Positions 1-8,186 of a DNA stretch of 64,000 nt are shown here, in pieces. The stretch is from Bacillota bacterium (lineage in GTDB: Bacteria > Bacillota > Limnochordia > Limnochordales > ZCTH02-B6): positions 787-64,786 of the forward strand of contig PKQS02000009.1 of assembly GCA_017577945.2 (NCBI GenBank), written 5' to 3'. The notes beneath the pieces were generated by a model, which ran no database searches, was not told the DNA's origin, and was given only the letters and a program-made list of their open reading frames with translations. The position numbers and the translations under genes are program-made. Within the stretch, counting starts at the first letter, position 1; each line of letters starts with the position of its first letter.

Positions 1-10
1 ACCCCGGCAC

Positions 11-1234
11 GTGTTGTCGATCTGCGCGACGTTGCGCGGCGCAGGCTACGAGGCGTACGTGGTGGGCGGGGGCGTGCGGGACGCGTTGCTGGGCCGGGAT
101 CCGCAAGACTGGGACGTGGCCACCAACGCGCCGCCTTGGCGCGTGCAAGAGCTGTTTCCGCAGACGGCGCCGACGGGCCTGCGGTTCGGCACCGTTACGG
201 TTCTCCCGGAAGAGGGCCGGGCCGTGGAGGTGACGACGTTCCGCGGCGAAAGCGGCTACGTCGACGGCCGGCGGCCGACAGCCGTACAGTTCGTCGGGAG
301 CATTGAGGAAGATTTAATCCGCCGGGACTTCACCATCAACGCCATCGCGTACGACCCGCTGCGCGACGCGATCGTGGATCCCCACGACGGCCAAGCGGAC
401 CTCGCCGCGCGGCGAATCCGTGCGGTGGGCAATCCCGACGAGCGTTTCCGGGAAGACGGTTTGCGGCTGCTGCGGGCCGTGCGCCTGGCGGTGGAACTCG
501 GTTTCGACCTCGAGCCCGAGACCGCCGCCGCGGTTCGGCGGCACGGCGCCATGCTGGAGAAAGTCAGCCGCGAGCGCATCGGTCAGGAGTGGCGCCGCAT
601 CTTGCTGGCCCCGCAGGCGGGACGGGGACTGGCGCTCCTGTACGAACTGGAGCTGCTTTCCTTCGTGCTGCCCGGCGCGCCGGCAGGAGGGGGCGCCAAG
701 GCGCTCGTCGCCCGCACGGCCAAGGCCCTCAATCTGGCTCCGGAGTGCGGTTTCGCCGCCAAGACGGCCATCGTGCTCTCCGGGCTGGCCAGCTCCGACC
801 TCGACCAGCGCTGGCTCGCGGCCCTCGTCTATTCGAAAGTCGAAGCCCGAGCCGCGCAGCATTTGGCCGACTGCCTGCGGGCGTTCAACCCCGCAGCCCT
901 GAGAGACGACGCCTCCCTACGGCGCTTCCTGCACCGCCTGGGCCGGCCGAGCATTGAGCCGTTCTTTTGCGCCGCCTGCGCGCTGCAGCCCACGGAGGAC
1001 ATCCGGCAAATCAGCCGGCGAGCGCTCGAGATCGCAGCGCGCGGCGACGCCTTGGCCATCCATGAGCTAGCCGTCGACGGCCACGACGTCCGGCGGGCTC
1101 TGCCGGGCGCGCCCGGCCCTGCGATCGGGCAAGCGCTGCAACGCCTCCTCGAGCACGTGTTGCAATATCCCGAAGACAACAGCCGGGAGCGCCTGCTGGC
1201 GCTGCTGGCCGCATGGCGCGAACAGGTGCGTTAG
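11..1234 (+). CDS. cca: CCA-adding enzyme / tRNA nucleotidyltransferase (poly(A) polymerase family)
   Basis: GYEAYVVGGGVRD and RDFTINA motifs near the N-terminus. The frame is open back to nt 2, so the true start may lie outside the window. Confidence 0.85.
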   Translation: MLSICATLRGAGYEAYVVGGGVRDALLGRDPQDWDVATNAPPWRVQELFPQTAPTGLRFGTVTVLPEEGRAVEVTTFRGESGYVDGRRPTAVQFVGSIEEDLIRRDFTINAIAYDPLRDAIVDPHDGQADLAARRIRAVGNPDERFREDGLRLLRAVRLAVELGFDLEPETAAAVRRHGAMLEKVSRERIGQEWRRILLAPQAGRGLALLYELELLSFVLPGAPAGGGAKALVARTAKALNLAPECGFAAKTAIVLSGLASSDLDQRWLAALVYSKVEARAAQHLADCLRAFNPAALRDDASLRRFLHRLGRPSIEPFFCAACALQPTEDIRQISRRALEIAARGDALAIHELAVDGHDVRRALPGAPGPAIGQALQRLLEHVLQYPEDNSRERLLALLAAWREQVR

Positions 1235-1323
1235 GCTGGGCAAGGCCTCTAGGCCCCCCACGCCCGGCGTTGCGCTTCAGGACACGCCCCTCGGGTTCTG
1301 CACCACGCGTCGGCCGGCCCGGC

Positions 1324-2223
1324 TCAGTACTCGAGCTTTTCGATTTGCGCCTTCAGCCGCTTGTTGACGACGTGGGTGTAGCGCTGGGTCGTGGCGATGG
1401 ATTCGTGGCCCAGCAGTTCCTGGATGGAGCGCAAGTCCGCGTCGTGCTCCAGCAGCTGCGTCGCGACGGTGTGGCGCAGCTTGTGCGCGCTGACGGCGTC
1501 CCGCTGCAGTCCGGCCGCCTGCACGACCCGCTTCACCAGGTAATGCACGCCGTTGCGCGTGATGGCGTATCCCCACTGGTTGCGGAAGAAGCGGCGGGGC
1601 AGGGGGCACTTGGGGTTCACTTTTCGTTCGGGGAGGTAGCGCTGGAGCGCTTCCGCGAGCTCTGCCCGCATGGGCACGACGCGCTCTTTGGCGCCTTTGC
1701 CGTACAAGACGATGGATCCCGTCTCGAAGTCCACGTTCTGCACGTTGAGTTCCACGAGTTCGCTCAAGCGGCAGCCGGTGTAAAGAAACATGGAGAAAAT
1801 GGCCACATCCCGCACAGGTTCGGGGCCGTACCGGGCGGCCGCGTCCAAAAGTCGCCTCGCTTCAGCGGCGGACAAGAACAAAGGCTGCTTTTTCGGCACC
1901 CGCGGCGGGCGCAGTTTCACGGTCGGATCATCGTCGATGAGGCCGTTGTCCACCAAGTAGCGGTAGAAGCCGCGCAATGCGCTGATTTTCCGGGCCCGGG
2001 TGACGTGGGCGTTGTCCCGGTCTTCCTGCAGGTAGCGGTTGAACTCCCGCAGGAAATAAATGTCCACCGACTCGGGCTCCACGCCGCGCTCGGCGCAGAA
2101 GCGGAAAAACACCCGCAAATCATGCAAGTACGCCTCGGCGGTGCGGACGGAAAAGCCCTTTTCGGTGATGAGGAAGTTGTAGTAATCTTGCACCCACGGA
2201 TGGGGAAACCGGCCTCCGGTCAC
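1324..2223 (-). CDS. Tyrosine site-specific recombinase, XerC/XerD family
   Basis: N-terminal SAM-like core-binding domain. C-terminal HKLRHTVAT ... LLGHESIATTQRYTHV gives the catalytic R-H-R-Y signature. Confidence 0.85.
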   Translation of the reverse strand: MTGGRFPHPWVQDYYNFLITEKGFSVRTAEAYLHDLRVFFRFCAERGVEPESVDIYFLREFNRYLQEDRDNAHVTRARKISALRGFYRYLVDNGLIDDDPTVKLRPPRVPKKQPLFLSAAEARRLLDAAARYGPEPVRDVAIFSMFLYTGCRLSELVELNVQNVDFETGSIVLYGKGAKERVVPMRAELAEALQRYLPERKVNPKCPLPRRFFRNQWGYAITRNGVHYLVKRVVQAAGLQRDAVSAHKLRHTVATQLLEHDADLRSIQELLGHESIATTQRYTHVVNKRLKAQIEKLEY

Positions 2224-2336
2224 ACCGACACCCCTTTAGGAACCCGCTTGAGCCCCAGGAGAACGCTATCCTGCTCGTGCGACCTTGCCCATGGACCTTG
2301 CGCGCCGGGCGCCGCGGCTGCCCGAGCCGCCACCGG

Positions 2337-3641
2337 TCAACGCTGCAGGGCAGAGGAGCGGGCGAGAACGAGCACGCCCCACAGCAGGCACACGGCGCCG
2401 ACACCCAAGAAGCTGGCGCCGAAGCCCAGCGACTGCGTCGTCAAGCCTAGGACGAACGAGCCGATGCCCATGCCGACGTCCACGGCACTCTCCTGCAGGT
2501 GGAAGACGATGCCCGTGCGACCGGCGGAGACGTTGTCGGCCATAAACGTACCCAGGATGACGAGGTTTCCGGTAAAGCCGAAGCCGGCCAGCACGGCGCT
2601 GGCAAAGGCCGCCCACGGGGAACCGAACCAGGCCAGCGCCACCACACCCGCGCCGAAAAGGAAAAGCGTGGGCACCAGCACGCGCACGCGTCCGAACCGA
2701 TCCGACAGCCCGCCAGCCACCAGTCCGCCCAGCATGCCGAAGGAAGACAGGGCGAAGAAATACAAAGAATGGTACGCGACGCCCAGCGCTTCGCTGTACA
2801 GCGGCACGAAGGTGACGATGGCGCCTTGCGACAGCGCCACGATGATGACCGTCAGCGCAGCAAACCGCGCCGGCGCCGGAACCAGTACTTCCCGCCAAGG
2901 CCGCAGCCAGCCGGCGCCGTTGGCTTCGGCCGCCGGGGATTTCGCCGCATCCGCCGCGTCCCTCGCCGCGTCCCCGGCTGCGTGGCCCCTCGCCGGGGCA
3001 GAGCGCCGCGGGTCATCGTTGGTCAGCAACCAACTGCAGACTATACCAACCAAACCCACGGCCGTGGACACGGCAAAGACGGCAGGGAAACCGTACGCAT
3101 TGGCCAGCCAAATAGCTACAGGCGGCCCGGCGGCCGCGCCCAGCGACTTGAACACGCCGCTGAGGCCCAAGCCGGTGGCGCGTAGGGACGGTGGACTTAG
3201 GTCGACGGCCAGGGCGCTCAGCGCGCCCAGCAGCGCTGCGGGACCCACCGCCTGGAGTAACCGCATGAACACGACGGCCTCCACGGACGGAGCCAGCCAG
3301 AAGCCCAAGGGAGCCAAAGCGAATGCGACGGTGCCGATTAGGAGCACGAGGCGGCGGCCCCGCCGGTCCGTCAGCGGGCCAAAATAAAGCCGCAGCGCCA
3401 CGGCGGTAAGCAAGCCGGCCGCTGACTGCAGTCCGGCGTGAAATCCCGTTCCGCCCAGCTCAACGACGTACAGCGGCAAGACGGTGAGTACGACGTACAA
3501 GTTGAACATGCCCGCGAAGCAGACGGCCATCAACAGCTTCATGTCGCGCCGGCCCGCGAGCATCGCTAAGTTGCTCAGTTTTGTTCGACCTCCGGCGGTC
3601 TTTATTCGTTGCGCGGAAGGGTGCAATCCTGCCGGGCGCAT
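2337..3641 (-). CDS. MFS transporter (start uncertain; ATGs at 3563 or 3542 are alternatives)
   Basis: About 12 hydrophobic segments and a GPLTDRRGRR loop 2-3 motif typical of the major facilitator superfamily. No good SD before any candidate start. Confidence 0.8.
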   Translation of the reverse strand: MRPAGLHPSAQRIKTAGGRTKLSNLAMLAGRRDMKLLMAVCFAGMFNLYVVLTVLPLYVVELGGTGFHAGLQSAAGLLTAVALRLYFGPLTDRRGRRLVLLIGTVAFALAPLGFWLAPSVEAVVFMRLLQAVGPAALLGALSALAVDLSPPSLRATGLGLSGVFKSLGAAAGPPVAIWLANAYGFPAVFAVSTAVGLVGIVCSWLLTNDDPRRSAPARGHAAGDAARDAADAAKSPAAEANGAGWLRPWREVLVPAPARFAALTVIIVALSQGAIVTFVPLYSEALGVAYHSLYFFALSSFGMLGGLVAGGLSDRFGRVRVLVPTLFLFGAGVVALAWFGSPWAAFASAVLAGFGFTGNLVILGTFMADNVSAGRTGIVFHLQESAVDVGMGIGSFVLGLTTQSLGFGASFLGVGAVCLLWGVLVLARSSALQR

Positions 3642-3688
3642 CGGGATCCGCTACTGTATTAAATGTACCTTTCGTTGAGTAGTTAGCG

Positions 3689-3725
3689 GCAAAAAGGCGG
3701 CTCCAAGGCTTACGCCGGGAGCGCC
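3689..3725 (-). terminator. Probable rho-independent terminator of the DinB-like gene
   Basis: Minus strand reads GGCGCTCC-13 nt-GGAGCCGCC followed by TTTTTG. The 5' arm overlaps the stop codon. Confidence 0.55.
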
Positions 3726-4462
3726 TTGCGCAGCTGGCGCAAATGGTACAACTCGTGATAGATGAGCCGGCGCAACACTTTGCGGGCCGACCAGCGCTCG
3801 CCGGATTCCGGGTCCGGTACCAGCGTGCGCGCTCGCTCTTCAGGGCTCAGGCTGCGCAGCCTGGCAGCGACGCGCGTCCTGATCCACGGGAGCCGTTTTT
3901 CGACGTCTTCCGGGTATTCGCCGTCGTCCGGGAACGGAAACGGCACGATGCAAGATATGTACCACCATTCCACGTTGGCTACGTGGCGGACGATTTCTTC
4001 TACGGTTCGCCGGCCGCCGCCCGGGCGCATCGACAGCTTGTCGGGCGGAAACTGGCGCAGCGTCGCCAGCAGCTCCCGGCGCGACGCCGCCAGCAGCCTG
4101 AGCGTCGCGTTGATCTCCTCGTCGGTGGCGGGTTGTGCATCCCATTGAAAAAATGCGGCCGTGTTTCCGTGCACAATGCTCTCGCCGACGAGCACCCGCT
4201 CCAAGATACGAACACCCGTTTGCCGGCCGTCGCCGGCGGCCCGCCGGACCGTCGGAATGTTCCAAATTTCAGGGATACCCCAGCGGGAAAGCCACGCGTC
4301 GTATTCCGCGGCAACCGCCGGGATTTCCCCGATCGCCTCCTCCTCGGAGGCCGCGAACACCACGCATCCCGGCCGTGTCGCCACCCACGCCTCGACTCGT
4401 CCCTCTTCGTCGACACCCAAAAGCACCGGCCAGCCGCTCGCTGACGCCGCCGTCTCCGTCAC
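3710..4462 (-). CDS. DinB-family (DinB_2-like four-helix bundle) protein with an extra N-terminal about 70-aa alpha/beta domain
   Basis: C-terminal half has the VANVEWWY ... LIYHELYHLRQL His-containing DinB-fold pattern. GTG start with AGGAGGG SD 6 nt upstream. Confidence 0.6.
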   Translation of the reverse strand: MTETAASASGWPVLLGVDEEGRVEAWVATRPGCVVFAASEEEAIGEIPAVAAEYDAWLSRWGIPEIWNIPTVRRAAGDGRQTGVRILERVLVGESIVHGNTAAFFQWDAQPATDEEINATLRLLAASRRELLATLRQFPPDKLSMRPGGGRRTVEEIVRHVANVEWWYISCIVPFPFPDDGEYPEDVEKRLPWIRTRVAARLRSLSPEERARTLVPDPESGERWSARKVLRRLIYHELYHLRQLRKALPA

Positions 4463-4488
4463 GAAATTCCCTCCTGAAATTCCCTCCT
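4463..4488. repeat. Perfect 13-bp tandem duplication GAAATTCCCTCCT x2 (minus strand AGGAGGGAATTTC x2)
   Basis: Read directly. It duplicates the Shine-Dalgarno region immediately upstream of the DinB-like GTG start. Confidence 0.95.
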
Positions 4489-4548
4489 GCGCGCACGAAT
4501 CTCGCGTAAGAGGCTGCGCTCAACCCAAGTTGAGAAATCACTTCAATA

Positions 4549-4577
4549 ATATAATCGAAATTCTGACTCCGAGCAAT
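4549..4577 (-). promoter_or_regulatory. Candidate sigma-A type promoter for the DinB-like gene
   Basis: Minus strand TTGCTC-17 nt-TATATT within an AT-rich island. Confidence 0.4.
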
Positions 4578-4637
4578 TCCGTTTTCATGACGCAGCCGCC
4601 ACGTTACCAGGCCAGCCCGCTCGCGTGGCGCGTGCCG

Positions 4638-4940
4638 TCAAAGCACCGGAACCTTCAGCACCTGGCCCGGCCTTACGACGGCGGTGGACAGGTCGTTGAC
4701 GTCTCGAATCATATCCACCATCTTTCTCGCATCCACTTCCGGGCCGCTGTACCTGCGGGCAATCTGCCACAACGTGTCGCCTTCCTGCACGACGACCTCG
4801 ATGTACTCCTCCGCCGGCGCCAGCGGCTGCGAGAATCCCTTAGACATCAGCGCGAACAGTGCCGCCACGGACACAAGCACAACGCCTTGCCAATACATGA
4901 ACGGCCTCCGCCTGCGGCCGAATCCACCCGCGCCATGCAT
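4638..4940 (-). CDS. yneA: YneA-like SOS cell-division inhibitor (single TM + LysM domain), 100 aa
   Basis: TM helix plus a LysM motif (GDTLWQIARRY ... VRPGQVLKVPV). Divergent from lexA as in Bacillus subtilis. I re-called the start at ATG 4940 (GGGAGG SD 9 nt upstream), because LexA boxes and the promoter occupy 4962-5013. Confidence 0.75.
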   Translation of the reverse strand: MHGAGGFGRRRRPFMYWQGVVLVSVAALFALMSKGFSQPLAPAEEYIEVVVQEGDTLWQIARRYSGPEVDARKMVDMIRDVNDLSTAVVRPGQVLKVPVL

Positions 4941-4961
4941 TGCCGCGACCTCCCGCTCATA

Positions 4962-4975
4962 CGAACATATGTACT
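4962..4975. promoter_or_regulatory. LexA (Cheo) box 1, CGAACATATGTACT
   Basis: One mismatch to GAAC-N4-GTTC. Lies just downstream of the yneA-like -10. Confidence 0.6.
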
Positions 4976-4984
4976 GTTGCTTCC

Positions 4985-5013
4985 ACGATACATCGAACAT
5001 GCGTTCCTGTCAA
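4985..5013 (-). promoter_or_regulatory. yneA-like promoter, TTGACA-17 nt-TATCGT
   Basis: Consensus -35. LexA box 2 fills the spacer, the classic SOS repression geometry. Confidence 0.6.
4994..5007. promoter_or_regulatory. LexA (Cheo) box 2, CGAACATGCGTTCC
   Basis: Perfect GAAC-N4-GTTC core matching the Gram-positive LexA operator CGAACRNRYGTTYC. Confidence 0.8.
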
Positions 5014-5032
5014 GGCTTCGCGCGCCCATGGC

Positions 5033-5046
5033 CGAACCTACGTTTG
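5033..5046. promoter_or_regulatory. LexA (Cheo) box 3, CGAACCTACGTTTG
   Basis: GAAC-N4-GTTT, overlapping the lexA -35 element. Confidence 0.6.
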
Positions 5047-5073
5047 AATGGAACAAGTCACCGGTGGTATAAT
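5044..5073 (+). promoter_or_regulatory. lexA promoter, TTGAAT-18 nt-TGgTATAAT
   Basis: Consensus extended -10. It lies inside the ORF-track 'start' of lexA, which argues that the 5048 start is wrong. Confidence 0.65.
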
Positions 5074-5116
5074 GAACCCAACCAAACACCCTTTTAGGCC
5101 GAAGGAGTGCGGACTG

Positions 5117-5728
5117 GTGCGGGACCTGACGCCGCGGCAGCGACAGATTCTGGAGTTCATCAAGCGCGAGGTGCAGCAACGGGGGTATCCGCCCTCGGTG
5201 CGGGAAATCGGGCAAGCCGTAGGCCTCAACTCGAGTTCGACGGTGCACGGCCACCTGGCCAAGCTGGAAGCGAAGGGCTACATCCGCCGCGACCCGACGA
5301 AGCCGCGCGCCATCGAACTGCTGGACGGGCAGGCGCGGGCGCTGCGGAGCGAAATCGTGTACGCTCCCGTCGTGGGGCGGGTCACCGCGGGCGAGCCCAT
5401 TTTGGCGGTGGAGAACATCGAGTCGTACTTCCCGCTGCCGAAGGAGTTTGCGGGCGCCGGCGAGGTGTTCTTGCTGGAAGTGCGCGGCGACAGCATGCGC
5501 AATGCAGGAATCCTAGACGGGGACTACGTCGTCGTGCGCCAGCAGCCGGACGCCGTGAACGGTGACATCGTGGTGGCCCTTATCGGCGAGGAGGCTACGG
5601 TGAAACGGTTTTTCCGGGAGAACGGCCATATCCGGCTGCAGCCGGAAAACGAAGCGTATGAGCCGATTATCGGCACCGATATTCAAGTGCTGGGGAAGGT
5701 CATCGGCGTCTACCGGAAGCTGCACTGA
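5117..5728 (+). CDS. lexA: LexA repressor (203 aa; start re-called to GTG 5117)
   Basis: wHTH segment ([12 protein letters not shown]...[10 protein letters not shown]), Ala-Gly cleavage site (VTAGEP), and catalytic Ser (GDSM) and Lys (TVKRF). GAAGGAG SD 9 nt before the GTG. Confidence 0.95.
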   Translation: MRDLTPRQRQILEFIKREVQQRGYPPSVREIGQAVGLNSSSTVHGHLAKLEAKGYIRRDPTKPRAIELLDGQARALRSEIVYAPVVGRVTAGEPILAVENIESYFPLPKEFAGAGEVFLLEVRGDSMRNAGILDGDYVVVRQQPDAVNGDIVVALIGEEATVKRFFRENGHIRLQPENEAYEPIIGTDIQVLGKVIGVYRKLH

Positions 5729-5761
5729 AAAGTCCGGATGCGTACACGCGGCACCCCGTCG

Positions 5762-5779
5762 AGCCGCCCCGCGGCGGCT
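5762..5779 (+). terminator. Weak candidate terminator hairpin after lexA
   Basis: AGCCGCC-CCGC-GGCGGCT followed by GCCTTTACG. The T-tract is poor. Confidence 0.3.
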
Positions 5780-5861
5780 GCCTTTACGACGAGGGCTCCG
5801 CCCCGCCTCCGGACCGTTTGCGAGGATGATAGGTAGGACGAGTGCTGTTCGGGCGCCTGGT

Positions 5862-6230
5862 TTATGAACTCGCCTCTAGGGGCACGCGCTCGTCGGCGGC
5901 CGCGTTGCCGCCCGCCCCAGCGCCTTGCGCGCCGATGATGCAGAAGAACATCTCCAGGGCTTGCCGCTTGCCCTTCGTCGCCGCGGTGTCCTCCTCAGAA
6001 TCAGCAAGGGGTAGCGCAGCACTCTCTTGCATCGCATACCGGTGTGCCGCGTCTACCCCTTCGCTTTCAACCAGCGCCATCAAGGCGTCGTACGTCGCCC
6101 GCCGGGCCTGTGCGTGCTCGCGCCAGAACTCCGGATCCGACGTGAGCTCGCTAGCCAGCAGGTCTTGCTTCGCCAGCCGCTTGCACCGTTTCAGGGCCTT
6201 CAAGACGTCCCCGGGCGAAATTGTGAACAT
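5862..6230 (-). CDS. Hypothetical protein, 122 aa
   Basis: Strong SD (AAGGGGGAGG, 6 nt before the ATG) and high GC3. I recognise no family. Confidence 0.55.
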   Translation of the reverse strand: MFTISPGDVLKALKRCKRLAKQDLLASELTSDPEFWREHAQARRATYDALMALVESEGVDAAHRYAMQESAALPLADSEEDTAATKGKRQALEMFFCIIGAQGAGAGGNAAADERVPLEASS

Positions 6231-6397
6231 GGCGAGCCTCCCCCTTTTCGCCGACCTGGCTTTTCGCCACGTTTTGGCCTAACCCAGCCCTTTGCTTACC
6301 TATTTCGAGAGGCGGAGACGAAAACCTTGTCGCTCCTTTCCCCGATAATGCAGCCTTCTTTCAGTAGTATTCAACAGCGGCCTGGCGGTATTCGGAA

Positions 6398-6586
6398 TTA
6401 CGTCCGGTAGATGGTCAGGTGATATTGGTCCTCCCCGGCCCGCTTCAGCCCGAAAATGAAGCCGTGCTCCTTCAAGGCGCGGTTCAGGAACGTCACGAGC
6501 CGGTGCACGTCGCCCGTCAGCGCCAGCGTCTCGCTGGCCATGGCCTGCAGCGGCTCGTGGGCCGCCGCCTGCTCTTTCTCCGTCAT
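6398..6586 (-). CDS. Small YpmA-like (DUF4264-like) protein, 62 aa
   Basis: The FGLKRAGEDQYHLTIYRT ending resembles the YpmA family from memory. GGGGGAG SD, and an ATGA overlap with the surE stop. Only the 3' third of ORF 6398..6943 is used. Confidence 0.5.
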   Translation of the reverse strand: MTEKEQAAAHEPLQAMASETLALTGDVHRLVTFLNRALKEHGFIFGLKRAGEDQYHLTIYRT

Positions 6587-7377
6587 CGCTTGGCTCCCCC
6601 GGCGGGCGCCGGACCAAGAATGTCGAGCTGCCACGACCGCACCATGTCCAGCGCCTTGTAATGAGTCAGATCGAACGAAATGGGCGTTATCGAGACGTAC
6701 CCTCGCCGGACCGCCACCGTGTCCGCGGTCTCGTCGTCGCCGTCGAGGTCTTCGATTTCGCCCGCCATCCAGTAATACTCCCGGCCCCGGGGATCGAGGC
6801 GGCGGTGCAACACCTTCCGGTACCGGCGCAAGCCCAGCCGCGTCGCACACCAGCCGCGGATGTTCGGTCCCTTCGGAACGTTGACGTTCAGGAGCGTTCC
6901 CGGCGGCAAGCCGACCTGGAGCACCCACTGCGCCAGCGTCCAACCGACGCGGGCGGCCGTGGCGTAGTCTTCCGGATCGTTGGCGTCGTAGTCGTCCAAA
7001 GACAACGCGATGGCAGGAATGTCGTAGATCGCCGCCTCCAGGGCCCCGGAAACGGTGCCCGAGTAGAACACGTCCGTACCCAAGTTGGAGCCCCGGTTGA
7101 TACCGGACAAGACGATATCCGGCCGCCGCTCCATCAACTCCGTCGCCACTTTGACGCAGTCCGACGGCGTGCCGTTGATTTGGAACGCGGTCACGCCCGG
7201 CTCGAAGGGCACCTTGTCCACTCGCAGCGGCTTATGCAGCGTAATGGCCTGGCCCGTCGCGCTCCGCTCCCGGTCCGGCGCCATGATCCATATTTCCGCG
7301 TCGGCCGGCCGGGCTGCCACCAGCGCGGCCAGCCCCGGTGCACGAATGCCGTCGTCGTTCGTGATGAGTACGAGCAC
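6583..7377 (-). CDS. surE: 5'/3'-nucleotidase SurE
   Basis: MLVLITNDDGIRAPGL N-terminus and GINRGSNLG motif. Confidence 0.95.
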   Translation of the reverse strand: MLVLITNDDGIRAPGLAALVAARPADAEIWIMAPDRERSATGQAITLHKPLRVDKVPFEPGVTAFQINGTPSDCVKVATELMERRPDIVLSGINRGSNLGTDVFYSGTVSGALEAAIYDIPAIALSLDDYDANDPEDYATAARVGWTLAQWVLQVGLPPGTLLNVNVPKGPNIRGWCATRLGLRRYRKVLHRRLDPRGREYYWMAGEIEDLDGDDETADTVAVRRGYVSITPISFDLTHYKALDMVRSWQLDILGPAPAGGAKR

Positions 7378-7386
7378 GGAACCACC

Positions 7387-8076
7387 CTAGCGACTCAAAG
7401 TTCCGCGCCGGACGTTGACCACGCCGTCCAGCGCGCTGAGTTCCTGCACGACCTGCAGCACGTTGGTCTTCGGCGGCATGACGACCGACAGCTCCAGCGT
7501 CGCGAAGCCGTCTTCCAGCCCTTCGCTGTCCACGACGACGCCGCGAATGTCAATCTTATGCTTCGCGAGAACGCTGGCCACCGCCGCGATCATGCCCGGG
7601 CGATCGATGATGCGCAGCGAGAAGACGTCCCGCTGCGGACCCATGCTGCGCAGCTCGAGGCGGTTCAGCTGCCGCAGCGTGAAGATCGTCATCGCGGTGG
7701 TCACGACGGCGGCCACGTACATCCCCGATCCGACGGCGAGACCAATGGCCGCCACGATCCACAAGCTGGCCGCCGTCGTCAAACCACGCACGGTGCTGCC
7801 TTCCCGCATGATGGTGCCGGCACCCAGAAAGCCGATGCCGCTGACGACCTGCGCAGCGATGCGGCCGGCATCGTAGCGGCCGTTGACGTCCCCGCCGTGG
7901 AAAACCAGCAGGCCATACATCGACACCAGCATCACCAGCGCCGATCCAAGGCACACCAGGATGTGGGTGCGCAGACCCGCCGGGTGATTATGGACTTCCC
8001 GCTCCAGGCCGATGAGCCCGCCCAGGCCTGTGGCCAATACGAGGCGGCCGATTAATTCCCAGTCGCTAATGCCCAC
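7387..8076 (-). CDS. mgtC: MgtC/SapB family membrane protein with C-terminal ACT-like domain
   Basis: GLGGLIGLEREVHNHPAGLRTHILV motif. GTG start with GGAGG 9 nt upstream. Confidence 0.85.
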   Translation of the reverse strand: MGISDWELIGRLVLATGLGGLIGLEREVHNHPAGLRTHILVCLGSALVMLVSMYGLLVFHGGDVNGRYDAGRIAAQVVSGIGFLGAGTIMREGSTVRGLTTAASLWIVAAIGLAVGSGMYVAAVVTTAMTIFTLRQLNRLELRSMGPQRDVFSLRIIDRPGMIAAVASVLAKHKIDIRGVVVDSEGLEDGFATLELSVVMPPKTNVLQVVQELSALDGVVNVRRGTLSR

Positions 8077-8114
8077 TATGCCAAGCCTCCATAGTAGTGG
8101 ATCGTACCATCATA

Positions 8115-8142
8115 ATACTACGAATGACGCAGGGACGAGCAA
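8115..8142 (-). promoter_or_regulatory. Candidate promoter for mgtC, TTGCTC-16 nt-TAGTAT
   Basis: Sequence match only. Confidence 0.3.
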
Positions 8143-8186
8143 CGTGCGGGAACCAGCCGGCAGGCCGCGCTGCGGCGATCGTGCGG

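Noticed and set aside
1213-3387. 724-aa plus-strand ORF
   Set aside because: It is antisense to the clearly recognisable Xer recombinase and MFS transporter genes. The translation is Arg/Pro/Ala/Gly/His-rich low complexity with no domain signature. This is a typical shadow ORF of high-GC DNA.
1324-4462. Xer-type recombinase + MFS + DinB-like genes as a possible integrated mobile element
   Set aside because: No flanking direct or inverted repeats, no tRNA target, no compositional shift beyond ordinary AT-rich promoters. The recombinase looks like a housekeeping XerC/D.
6398-6943. 181-aa minus-strand ORF overlapping surE
   Set aside because: Only the last 62 codons (from ATG 6586, with an SD and an ATGA overlap with the surE stop) look coding. 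The upstream part is an out-of-frame read-through of surE.
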